From: Heterodontus francisci
Taxonomy: Eukaryota
Length of the DNA stretch: 64,000 nt
Assembly: GCF_036365525.1 (NCBI RefSeq)
Contig: NC_090373.1
Location: 90,223,067 to 90,287,066 of the forward strand
Reading direction: 5' to 3'
A program made the position numbers and the translations under genes. The notes beneath the pieces were generated by a model. It was not told where the DNA came from, searched no databases, and was given only the letters and a program-made list of their open reading frames with translations. The stretch's first letter is position 1; the number at the start of each line of letters is the position of its first letter. Shown here piece by piece: positions 12,848 to 24,320 of this stretch.

Positions 12848-13663
12848 TTACTCGTTCACCTTCTCAGCTTTCCTATCTACAACACTCACACATTTGTTGC
12901 CCTTTATGTAAAACCTTAGAGGTTTGCCAACCCACTCCCCTGCATAACCTATACCAATGCGGCTCGTGGAGACAACATCTGCTCCATTTATTATTTCGGG
13001 GCCTGGTTCCATCCAGATTTCAGTGCCTGTGGCCAAGTCGCCCCTGTCAAAGGTCCTGGTGATATCAAACGCCTGGCACAATTTCGAGGGTCCATTGCAC
13101 AGTTCATGGTCTTTGAGCGGCTTCCCAGTTTCTTTCCTCCGCTTGCTACGAAGTTGTCTCATTGCATCCAGTCCTTGCAGAGGTTCCAGCGATCGTAATA
13201 AAACGGCTGCACCATCTCCCTGACTAGACACATTCAAACAATAATACACCCCATAGATCTGATAAACATACATGGTGCCTGGATTCATAAACATAGCGGC
13301 ATTCCTCGGAGTCTGCCTCCCACCGCGGGAGTGGGATGCTTGGTCCTCACCACCCAGGTAGGCTTCAGTCTCCACTATCCTGCCTTTCACCTCACTCCCA
13401 TCCGGAAACTTTCGGACCATGACCTGGCCCAGAAACTCTTTGGCCAAAGCCACACAAGGCCGATTGAAGAAGCCCGAGGGCAGCCTGCCATGTGCCACTT
13501 TGGCAGTGTTGAAATACACACTGGAGACCGGACCCTCCTCCCGCTGGTGCTGCCGGGGCTCCGGCTCCTGCTCCGCTCCCGGTCCAGGTTCCGCACACAC
13601 CCCGCTCTTCCCGTCCCCCTCCCGGGGCCGAGCGGCCAGCAGTTTTCTTTTCTTCGGTTCCAT
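12848..13663 (-). CDS. MPG: DNA-3-methyladenine glycosylase (MPG/AAG), single coding exon, 271 aa
   Basis: Uninterrupted ORF with AAG motifs GRIVETEAY, ASHS, YVYQIYGVYYCLNVSSQG, VLLRSLEP, NGPSKLCQA, RIGI, PLRFY. Basic N-terminus PKKRK. In-frame TGA immediately before the ATG. Confidence 0.96.
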   Translation of the reverse strand: MEPKKRKLLAARPREGDGKSGVCAEPGPGAEQEPEPRQHQREEGPVSSVYFNTAKVAHGRLPSGFFNRPCVALAKEFLGQVMVRKFPDGSEVKGRIVETEAYLGGEDQASHSRGGRQTPRNAAMFMNPGTMYVYQIYGVYYCLNVSSQGDGAAVLLRSLEPLQGLDAMRQLRSKRRKETGKPLKDHELCNGPSKLCQAFDITRTFDRGDLATGTEIWMEPGPEIINGADVVSTSRIGIGYAGEWVGKPLRFYIKGNKCVSVVDRKAEKVNE

Positions 13664-13779
13664 TCAAACAGGGTTCACCGGGAGCTCGGACTGACAGCAG
13701 CTTAGAACTGTCTCTAATGCCTTAAACGCAATGTGTAAGGAATCTCAACCAGCGCTCGCCCCTCTAACCTCCAGGGATC

Positions 13780-13895
13780 AGGTGCTACTACAAACCCATT
13801 TCCCTCCGCCTGCAGCAAGACAACCACCAAGCAAGATGGGAACAGGAAGTAGTAACTGCTGAAGGCAGAGGACGGGCTTGTACTTCCCGAGTCCC
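13780..13895 (-). promoter_or_regulatory. Putative MPG housekeeping promoter
   Basis: ACTACAAACCCA (ZNF143/THAP11-like, 13787-13798), AAGATGG (YY1-like, 13833-13839) and CAGGAAGT (ETS, 13843-13850), next to the CpG-rich 5' part of the ORF. Confidence 0.55.
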
Positions 13896-14593
13896 AAGTG
13901 CTTTCATATCAGTAGTTTCCAGTCTCCAGTGCTTCCAAGGTTTGAATGCTTGCCTGCTCCTCTGTGTACTCCCTGCCTCTTAAATGCTCATACATTCCAG
14001 CCCGAGTGCTTCCCCACCCTCCCATGTCTAATGTATCCGGTCCCTAATGCTTCTTCAAGCACATGACTCCCAGCCTGAGGTTCTTCCAGGCCACCTGGCC
14101 CACGCACCTCGAGTAGTTCCTGGTACTGAATACTTCCACATCTGTCTGCTGTGAGTGTTTCACAGCTCCGTGAGCTTCATGTTGGCTGGAAAATAAATAT
14201 AGGCTTAAGAGGGAGAAAACTTGAGATTTATATTTTATGGAAATTGTGAATTGCTTACTATCACTGTAAAATACTCAATGCAGAACATGCCACTTCCTGA
14301 TTGTCTTTGTATTAATTTAAATGTTATTCAATGTTACAAAGTCCATATAATTATGGGCGATGGAACCACATAAATTTGATTTATGAGTTATTTTCCTTTT
14401 TATTTACTGTTCCATTTATTTGGTGTTTTGCAGGACCTAATCAGTATCCTTTCCACTGCCTTTTCTTATAAAACAGAAACTAAACTGCCTGCCAGAGTCA
14501 CTTTGCAATTACAGTTTAAAGAGTAGCAGCCCTTATAAATTTTAAGAACAAGTTTGACAATATTTGCAATTGCTCAACATGATGGTGAAATCG

Positions 14594-17520
14594 TAGAGTC
14601 ATAGAAATTTTACAGCACAGAAAGAGGCCACTTGGCCTATTGTGTTTGCGCCAGCCAAAGAACGAGCCATCAGTCTAATCCCACCTTCCAGTATTTGGTC
14701 CGTAGCCCTGCAGATTACAGCACTTGAGGTGCATTTCCAGGCACCTTTTAAATGAGTTGAGTGTTTCTGCCTCTACTACCCTTTTCAGGTAATGAGTTCC
14801 AGACTCCACCACCCTCTGGGTGAAATGTTTTTTTCCCTTCTCCCCTCTAATCTTTCTACAAACCACTTTAAATCTATGTCAACTTGTCACTGACTTCTCT
14901 GCTAAGGTAAATAGACCCTTCACATCCACTCTATCCAGGCCCCTCACAATTTTGTACATTTCAATCAAATCTCCCCTCAGACTCCTCTGTTCCAAGGAGA
15001 ATAACCTCAGTCTATCCAATCTTTCCTCATTCCTGGCAACATCCTCATAAATCTCCTCTGTACCCTCCCTAGTGCAATTACATCCTTTCTGTAATGAGGT
15101 GACCAGAACTGCACACAGTACTCAAGTTGTGGCCTAATCAATGATTTTTACAGTTCCAGCATAACCACCTTGCTCTTATATTCTATACCTCGGCAAATAA
15201 AGGAAAGGATTCCATATGCCTTCTTAACCACCTTATTGATCTGTCCTGCTACCTTCAGGGATCTGTGGACATTCACTCCAAGGTTCCACACTTCCTCTAC
15301 ACCTCTCAGTATTCTCCCATTAATTGTGCATTTTTTTGCCTTGTTTGACCTCCTCAAATGCATCGCCTCACACTTCTCCGGATTGAATTCCATTTGCCAC
15401 TTTTCTGCCCATCTGACCAGACCATCAATATCTTCTTGCAGCCTACAGCTATCCTTCTCGCTATCTACCACATGCCCAATTTTGTGTCATCTACAAACTT
15501 CTTCATTATCCCCCTATATTTACATCGAACTCAATATATACCACAAAAAGCAGGGTACCTAATACTGAGCCCTGCAGATTGCCACTGGAAACAGCCCTCC
15601 AGTCGCAAAAACACCTGTCAACAATTAACCTTTGTTTCCTGCCACTGAGCCTATTTTGTATCCAGCTTGCGACATTCCCCTGGATCCCATGGACTTTTTT
15701 TTTTAATTAGTCTGCCAAGTGGCCTCTTTCTGTGCTGTAAACTTTCTATGATTCTATGTGGGACTCTGTCAAAAGCCTTGCTAAATTCCATGTAGACCAC
15801 ATCAACTGCACTACCCTCATCAAACTTCCTTGTTACTTCTTCAAAAAATGCGATCAAGTTGGTCAAACAAGATCTTCCCTTAACAAATCCATGCTGACTA
15901 TCCTTGATTAATCTAATGCCCTTCCAAGTGACAGTTTATCCTGTCTCTCAGAATTGATTCCAATAATTTGCCCACTACTGAGGTTAGACTGACTGGCATG
16001 TAATTGTTTGGTCTATTCATCTCTCCCTTTTTAAACAGAGGTACAACATTAGCAGTTCTCCAGACCTCCGGCACCACACCTGTATCCAGTGAGGACTGGA
16101 AAATGATGGTCAGACCTTCCGTTATTTTCTCTCCTGCTTCTTTTAACAGCCTGGGATACATTTCATCCGACCCTAGTGATTTATCAACTTTCAAGGATTC
16201 TAATCCTCTTAATACTTCCTCTCTCCTTATGTTTATCACATCCAATAGTTCACACCCCTCTTCCTTAACTACAATATCTGCATCGCCCCCCTCTTTTGTG
16301 AAGACAGACGCTAAGTATTCATTACCAACACCAGTACCAACACCTTCCGCTCCTACACATTGATTACCTTTTTGGTCTTTTATGGGCCCTACTCTTTCCT
16401 TAGATATCCTCTTACTCTTAATGTATTGATAAAAAAATTCCTTGATTTTTGCTTGCCAATATTCTTTCATGCCCTCTCTTAGCTTTCCTAATTTCCTTTT
16501 TGACTTCACCCCTCCACTTTCTATACTCCTCTCAGCTTTCTGTAGTATTGAGTTCTCCGTGTCGGGCATAAGCTTTCCTTTTCTGCTTTATCTTACCCTG
16601 TAAGCTCCTTGACATCCTCAGTCCCGGCTCTGTTCGGGTGCAACCTGTCCGGCCTATACAGGTCTCATCTCCCCCAGAGCCGGTCCCAATGTCACAAGAA
16701 TCTAAAGCCCTCCCTCCTGCACCAACTTTCCAACCACGCATTCATTTGTCTTATCCTTCTATTCCTGTACTCACTTGCATGTGGCATTGGGAGTAATCCG
16801 GAAATTACTACTTTTGAGGTCCTGCTTGTTATTTTCTTACCTACTCAGTAAACTCTTTCTGCAGGACTCCATCTCTCTTTCTACCTATGTTGTTGGTACC
16901 AATGTGGATCATGACAGCTGGCTGTTCACCTCCCCACTCAGGATGCTGTGCAGCCACTCGGTGACATCCTTGACCCTGGCACCAGGGAGGCAACACACCA
17001 TCCTGGATTCACATTTGCAGCCACAGAAATGCCTGACTGTTCCCCTGACTATTGAATCTCCTATCAATATTGCTCTTCCAGTCTTCCTTGTGCCCCTCTG
17101 TGTAGCTGAGTCACCCATGGTACCATGGCCTTGCCTCTGGCTGCACTCCCCAGATGAACCATCACCCTCCTCAATATTCAGTATTGAATACCTGTTGGTG
17201 AGTGAGATGCAGTCAGGGGTCTCCTGCAGTTCCTGCCTGTTTCTTCTTGACTGTCTGATGATCACCCATTCCCTCTCTCCCTGCATACTATTAACTGTGG
17301 GGCGACCACATCTATAAACGTGCTATCCACAATGCTCTCATCCTCACAGATGTACCACAGTGTTTCCAGCTGCTGCTCACATTCCGAAACCCAGAGCTCA
17401 AGCTGCTGCAACTGACAACACTTCCTGCACCTATGGTTATCCAGCATACAAGAAGCATCCTGGAGTTGCCACATAGCACAGAATGTGCACTCTAGAGGTT
17501 GGAGCAGCCCTGCCATTCCT
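14594..17520 (-). mobile_element. CR1 LINE, near full length, endonuclease region deleted
   Basis: ORF1 zinc finger (CTFCAMW..HRCRKC) and SGNH esterase (ILIGDSIVRG, CLPGARV). ORF2 RT (WRTANVVPLFKKG, YMEFSKAFD, WQMEFNPEKC). Deletion junction at about 16615. Confidence 0.92.
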
Positions 17521-17534
17521 TTATTTATTAGTTA

Positions 17535-17608
17535 TTTAGTTTAGTTTAGAGATACAGCACTGAAACAGGCCCTTCGGCCCACCGAGTCTGTGCCGACCAT
17601 CAACCACC
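17535..17608 (-). mobile_element. 3' tail of HE1-like SINE (or of its partner CR1), 5' truncated
   Basis: Reverse complement of 58180-58256, including the (TAAAC)n tail. Confidence 0.8.
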
Positions 17609-17754
17609 GTTATGTTGTGAAAATGCTTCTGTTTTTGTTAATTTTTTTGAGGAATTCATAGTCAAACTGAAGAAATGTTGGAACGGTTTTGTTCAAGAGG
17701 GTCATCAAGAGAATATTGAAAGGATTTGGTTAACAACAACATTTACTGGTTGTC

Positions 17755-18052
17755 ACATGAGAATGAGAGGGCACAGATTTAAAGTATTTGGTAACAGAAG
17801 CAAAAATGACATGAGGAAAACTTTTTCACACAGCAGGTGGTTAAGGTCTGGAATGCTCTGTCTGAGCATGTGGTGGAGGCAGGTTCAGTTGAAGCATTCT
17901 AAAGGGAATTAGACAATTATATGAAAAGGAAGATTATGCAAGGTTATAGGGAGAAGGCGGGGAATGGAACTGAGGGAATTGCTCTTTTCGAGAGCCAGTG
18001 TGGACACAATGGGCCGAATGACCTCCTTCTGCACTGTAAGGATTCTGTGATG
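17755..18052 (+). mobile_element. CR1 3' fragment nested in solo LTR
   Basis: RGHRFKV..KNFFTQQVVKVWNAL-like coding end and CR1 3' UTR hairpin. Confidence 0.8.
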
Positions 18053-18473
18053 ACTCAAGTTAAAATAGAACAGAAACCCTGGTAATTGGGGAAGATGTGT
18101 GCAGAGACATGACAGGTCAGAAGGTGGACTTTCTGTTTCCAGTTTCACTTTTGAATTGTTTGGAGTTGGAGAAGAGAACTTCCAAGGAGAAGAAGATAAG
18201 AAATAAAAAGGGAGTGAACTTCCAAGAAGAGAAGAGAATTGTCAAGGAAGGAGAGAAGACCACAACCCAGCTCAGCTTTCCAGCACCTCTCCAAAAGACC
18301 CTGAGAAGTCCACTGTGTCAATACATCTCAGCTATTGTCTTTGAAGAAAGGCTTGCTAAATTAATTCTCAATGCCACCTGAAAAAAACTTTTCTAAAAGA
18401 TCCCAGTAACCTGTCTACGTGTACTCGGAAGCCAGATTGTATGCCAATTTTGGAATACAACATATCTCATCTG

Positions 18474-18663
18474 CTCAGCAGGTCTGGCAGCATCTGTGGA
18501 GAGAGAAGCAGAATTAACGTTTCATGTCAGTGACCCTTCTTCAGAACCCTTCTTCTGAAGAAGGGTCACTGACCTGAAACGTTAACTCTGCTTCTCTCCC
18601 CACAGATGCTGCCAGACCTGCTGAGTATTTCCAGCGTTTCTTGTTTTATTTCAGATTTACAGC
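18474..18663. mobile_element. Penelope-like terminal cassette: 73-bp inverted repeat with hammerhead-like motifs
   Basis: Arms 18474-18546 and 18553-18625. CTGAAGA-A-GGGTCactGACCT-GAAACGTT. Direct repeat ATCTCATCTG on both sides (18464, 18664). Confidence 0.7.
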
Positions 18664-19052
18664 ATCTCATCTGCTGTTTCTTCAAGAATGAGCAAGTATT
18701 CAGCCCAAGTTTCTTTTTGTCTGTTTTTTTTTGTAAACAGGCTCTAAAATGCGAATCCCTTTATTTTTCTGGTGTGTGTGTGAGTGTGAGGGGGCTAAGG
18801 TAAAAAGCGAACTATAATATTTCAATCTGTGTGTTTATACTTTACTTCATTACTGGTTAAGACTTGTTTCATAATAAACTGATTTTTTTTTGTTAATTAA
18901 AGAAACCTGGTTGGTGTGTTTTATTCTGGGATAAAAATAGAGTCTATGATTGACCGTATAGGTAAGTGGGAAAAATTTAAATATGTTGTGACCTGTGGAG
19001 AAGTGGATCCAGAATAAAAAGTGCACTCCTCCTGCCTCGGTCGTAACAGTTA

Positions 19053-19490
19053 ATAATCTTACTACTGATAATAAACCTTTACCAATACTAATAAATCTTA
19101 CTAATGTTAATAAACCTTATTAATACTGATAAACCTTATTAATACTTAATACAACTTATTGGTAATAATAGACATTACCATAAAAAGCTAAGACACACCA
19201 GTTTATTTCTTAGTTTAGATAACTAGGAAATACTCACCAGCCAATCGCCCACCTGCTTCCCTGTGATGTCACATCTCAATTTTTCTTTCTGAACACTGGC
19301 AGACTAGCGGCAGTGGCAGCAGTAGCTATCCCCGCCTTGCTGTTTCCTGGTGAACTCTCTCTCTCTGGGCTCTTTAAGCCCTGCTCCGCTCCCACTGTTT
19401 CCCAGTGAACTCTCTCTCTCTCTCTCTCTCTCCTGGGCTCTTTATGCCCCGTTCTGCTCTCGCTGTTTCCCACACTCCGAGCGAACTCTC
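19053..19490 (-). mobile_element. Displaced 5' UTR of the 14594-17520 CR1
   Basis: AT-rich tract, a block resembling 62089-62130, and about 2.5 tandem monomers at 19335-19475. Confidence 0.65.
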
Positions 19491-19590
19491 ATGTCAAAAT
19501 CTCGAAATCTGTGTCAAAATATTTTTCCCGATACAATGAGGAATTGCAACAAAAATGATACAAAACATTACATGGGCAATCAGGCCTGAA

Positions 19591-21410
19591 CGTGACCCCT
19601 TTACATGGGGTCAAGGTGGGCATGATATAATGTTCCTATTATAAATAGAATATTTTCTAACTGACAGTTGTTAAAACCGACCACTCCAGTCAAAGCCCTC
19701 AATCAAAATATACGATTCCGATTATGGTGAGAGAAACGCACTGTTAATTCAATCCCATCTCTCCACAGATTGCCTAACATATTATCTTAAACTTTCCAAA
19801 TTAAAGAAAGACCCAGCCAAATTGTACCATCTATTAACCCCCGCATGATGCTAACCAAACCAGGTGTCTTTAAATCAACAAGTTAACTGTCTAATTAGAA
19901 AAACTAAATTCTTAAAAGCTACGAAGATATAAACAACATTTAAAATAGAAAAATTAGAGTCCTTGAAAATTCACGCTCCTGCCGAAGGTGAAAAAGTTCA
20001 AGGTTGCTTGAATTCCTTACAGCCGTCTGATGGGGAGAAAAAAGGTTCTTTAACAGTAGAACAATCCGTAGTGTCAGGCAATCCCCCCACCTGCCAAGAT
20101 TCAGGCACACATAATTTCGCCAAATGAACCTTAAAACTTAAAATTGCAAGCCCTTGACCAGAAAAACATCTCCATAATAACCGACAGTGTTGGAACAAGG
20201 GGCAAAGGGATATGCCCTGACTCATTCAACCAACAATGAACTTTTGATTACCAGACGTTGAAGGTGGGGGGAGCTAACATTCCAGAGACTGCTAAGGTAC
20301 AATCCACAAACCGCGCAGGAGAGCCTGTTCCATATAAGGAGCTAGTCACATGACTAAACTGCTGGGCAACCTGGGAGTTTTTTTGAATTTGAACTCCCAA
20401 CAAAGAAATTGGAGCAGACAAAGCCGTGTGCTCATAAAGATCTGTCCTGGAACTGAAGCAGGAATTACAGCCACTCCTGTCTGCCTGCTTCCATCTCCTT
20501 CCCACGGAACTGAATTTTGTGAAAACACGTTTTCTGCTGCTCTTTCTGTCCCTATCTGCATGTTTATATCTCGTGTGCATGCTAGCGTAGACGCGTCGTA
20601 TATCCATAGGCGTGAACCATATTGGTGTTTTAAGTTTAAGGTATAATAAATTTCATCTTTCTTCTTTAAACCAAAGAAAGCCTGTTTGTGCTCATTTCTC
20701 TGCCTTTATCATTGGAAAGTTGCGAACAAGATTAATAAAGAGGGAGCTCAAAACACGGTGTATTTAAAATTAAACCCTGTTACAGTAAAACCTGGTGACG
20801 ATAGTAACAGACCCCTAGACACCTTTCGCACCTCGTCGTAACAGTAGTCTAATTCCAGCTGTAAGTGTGCTTTCCTTCTCCAGTGATGACCACGTTAAAT
20901 CAACAACTCACAACCACTTTCAATAGAATCAATGTGGCTTTAGAATTTTTGAGGGGTAAAAGATTGTCACAGTCGAACTTCCCTTCCTTCAGTTTAAATT
21001 ATCAGAGATCGCTGTTTTGGCTTGACATTTTAGAATTTGAGAGAGAATAATAAATAAACAGACTAAATTCTCTTCCTTCAGTTTAAATGGGCTGAGAGCT
21101 CTTCTTTCAGGTGCTAACACACAGCTGTCTGTCTGTGTCCTCTGTTAGAACAGGCTGTTTGCACTATAAGCCAGTTTGAAATTAAATTGTAACAAATATA
21201 TCTCTCAATACTCAGTCTGAGTGGCTGTATCCAAGGTAACAAGAATGCACCCTTTGAATCACAGTCTCCGAATGGCTGTATCCAAGGCAACAAGAATGCA
21301 TTCTTTGACTCAGTCTTTAGAGCTTGCTTCCTTAAAGCAGTACGGCTCTTTTTCCAGGCTTAAAGGCACACCGCATTCCTCCCCGGAAAACAAACTACAG
21401 GATCATAATA
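19591..21410 (-). mobile_element. Probable solo LTR, split by another LTR
   Basis: Degenerate TG/CA-type ends. Flanks rejoin across the GTAG TSD. No clear TSD of its own. Confidence 0.5.
20072..20843 (+). mobile_element. Solo LTR
   Basis: TGT...ACA termini. TSD GTAG (20068-20071, 20844-20847). A related copy lies at 31150-32032. Confidence 0.85.
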
Positions 21411-22229
21411 CAGTGACCTTCATTATGGGGAATTGGGTAGTTTTTGATTTAAAAAATCTATATGATTTTACGAAGTAAAGCATTTCGTATGCTAATATTT
21501 CTCACAGCTGATTTAATGAAATTTGTGTCCTTCGCCTATTGATGAATATGATATTTTGCTGCAGTGTCTTTTTCATCCTTTGAACTCACACTGTTAATGA
21601 AATTTCAGATTTTCTTAGTGATATCTGACCTTAACCCTCATTCCACTTGCTTGTTCAGAAGCTTTAGGAAAAGTAAACCATGCACCGATGGACCCATCAC
21701 CTTTACAACAACAACTGCAGTGGCTGTGTTCAGAAAAGCCAAGCCTACATGTGGCCTAAGAGGCAGTCCTTATAGGAACTGCTGCAGGCCACCAACAAAA
21801 AGGGAGGATTTTAAAGTATACTTACCTGAATGTAAGTCCCAAAGGAGCATGAGTACAAATGCTTTCTGCATTGAGAACAATGCTTCTCTTTAGATAACTG
21901 ATAGGGTCTCGGGAATTGTGTACATATTTGAAGGAGGCCTCTGCAATTGGTTTGACATTGCGGGGGTTCCCCATGACTGTCAATAGCCTTACCTCTGGAA
22001 GGCCATTGCAAAGTAGCTTGCTGGTGGTTTATGCTGCAGTACTCATTCTGAACTGTATTATGAACTGCTATATGGAAAACTTGTGTTCCCCACTAGAACC
22101 GTACCACAGATTGTGTGCAATGAGAAAAAGGGCAAATGTTATTGCCCTGCTTCACACGCCGTCTTACTGTGAGTGCAGCTTTTGATAAGCAGAAATTTCC
22201 TCCAGTTATATTATTGGGAAGACAAAAGC

Positions 22230-22810
22230 CATTGTCTTTGAATACTGCTAAAAACTCTGTTCCCAAGCCATTGATTCCATCCCCCTCCTTGGCCACTAAG
22301 ACCGAACCAGACTGCTTGCAATCTTGCTGTTCTATTTAATCCTGAATTGAGTGTCCAACCTCATATCCTCTCTATCACCAAGACCACCTACGTCCACCTC
22401 CATAACATTGCCCATCTCCATCCCTGCCTCAGCTTACCTCAATTTTAGAATTCTCATTCTTGCATTCAAATCCTTCTGTGACCTCACCCCTATCTCTGTA
22501 AACTTTTCCAGCCCTACAAGACTCCAATATCTCTGTGCTACTCAATTCAGGCTTCTGCACATCCACAATTTTCATTTCTCCACCATTGGTGGCCATGCCT
22601 TCAGCTGCCGAGGCTCTAAGTCTCTCCATCTCTCTATCTCTCTCCTCCTTTAAGTTGCTCATTAAGATCTACCTCTTTAGCCAAGCTTTTGGTCACCTGT
22701 CCTAATATCTGTATCTGTGGCTTGGTGTCAAGTTTTAATAGCTCCTATGAAGTGCTTTGGGACATTTTTACTATGTTGAAGGTTCTGTACAAATGCAAGA
22801 TGTTGTTGAT
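22230..22810 (+). mobile_element. L2 3' fragment
   Basis: NFRILILAFKS, IGGHAFS and an L2 tail (tgttgttg). Confidence 0.75.
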
Positions 22811-23539
22811 TGTTACTTGCATTCTCTAGCCAAATAGTAGGCATCTACATAAAGAGAGCTATTGTTACTTAGGCAGTTTTCCTGACATCACTGAACTTCT
22901 GCATTTGCTCCCAGACAAACCTGGGAGACCATGTTGACTCATTCTGTAAGCACTACACATGCAGCTCGGACTTATGATTTAATAAGAGTGTGGTCTTTGG
23001 TTCCAAAGAGGGATGCCCTGCTTTGTGGCATCTCATGAACAGGACCTCCAATGATTCAGCTGAAAAGAAGGGAGTTTTCCTTATTGCACACATTGTCCAA
23101 GAAAACTATATGCATACTCCTTACAGCGATTATATTCTTTTTGGTTAATTGACAAAATCAGTCCACTTCTCTTTAATGTAGAGCTGCAGCTCTTTAAGGG
23201 TTATTGCCTTACTAATTCTAGCCAATGGCACTATGGATCTACTTTCCCACACAAATTCTCTGTGTGCAGGTCGCATATCAAAATTAAACAGAATATCTTG
23301 CCTTGTAAAATTCATCAAGACTAATTGTTCCCACTGTCAGCACAGGCCGCAACATAGAAGATTATGATCATTGATTATGTCAGTCTTAAAAACCTGGGCT
23401 TTATGTTTTAAGAATATTTTTGGTATACAATTAACTGAATGAAAATATTTAGCAAAATAGTACCACAGCTGTGATATTTCAAACATTTATTTTTGAAGTG
23501 TTCAGTTTTTCACAGTACATGCACATGCAGGAGTGTAAG

Positions 23540-24112
23540 TATAGGAGTAGGCCATTCAGCCCCTCAAGCCTATTCAATTAGCTGAACTCTATTTACCTGT
23601 CTTTGCTCCATATCTATTATCTTTTTTTCATTAGAATGGACCTAAATTCTCTGGAGTTTAGAAGAATGAGAGATGATTTATTCATTGAAATATTTCAAAT
23701 TCTTAGACAGCTTGACAGGGTACATACTGAAAGGTTGTTTCCTCTGGTTGGAGAGTCTAAAACTTGGAGTCATAATGGGCCCAATTTTAACTCATTGCAA
23801 GAGGATGGATTTTGAATTGGTTAAAATCTGGTCATAAGAGTTTGACCATTTGAGGACTGAGATGTGGAGAAAGTTCTTCACTCAGAGGGTTGTGAATCTT
23901 TGGAATTCTCTACGCCAGAGGTTTGGGGATGCTCAATTGTTGAATATATTCAAGACTGAGATCCTCAGATTTTTGGGCACTAAGAGAATCAAGGGATATA
24001 GGGCTAGGGTGTGAAAGTGGAGTCGAGGTAGAAGATGAGCCATGATTTTATTGAATGGCAGAGCAGGCTCGAGGGGCAGTGTGGTCTACACCTGCTCCTA
24101 TTTCTTATGCTC
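23540..24112 (+). mobile_element. CR1 3' fragments
   Basis: SLEFRRMRDDL..LDRV..LFPLVGES and a CR1 tail. Confidence 0.8.
23776..23834. mobile_element. 59-bp Harbinger-type mini-MITE inside a CR1
   Basis: Imperfect TIRs TGGGCCCAATTTTAAC / GTTAAAATCTGGTCA. TAA on both sides. Confidence 0.55.
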
Positions 24113-24119
24113 TTACCCT

Positions 24120-24320
24120 TTAATATCCTTAGCTAACTTAACCTGTCTATGTCCCTTTGTAACCTCCCGTTCTCATCTGCACAGCTACAGTGCCTCTAAC
24201 TTAGTATCTCCTGCAAATTTGCATATACAACTATTCCTTCATCCAAGTCATTGATATATATGGTGAAAAGCTGAGGTCCTAGCACAGATTGCTGAGGAAT
24301 ACCACTTGTCACATCGCCTG
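24120..24320 (-). mobile_element. CR1 RT fragment
   Basis: Decayed SGIPQQSVLGP / KFAGDTKL. Confidence 0.6.

Larger units (their letters stand above)
17613..19048 (+). mobile_element. Solo LTR with nested insertions
   Basis: TGTT...AACA termini. 4-bp TSD GTTA (17609-17612, 19049-19052). AATAAA near the 3' end. Confidence 0.8.

Noticed and set aside
12957-13705. ORFs overlapping MPG on the + strand or in alternative frames
   Set aside because: Shadows of GC-rich coding sequence.
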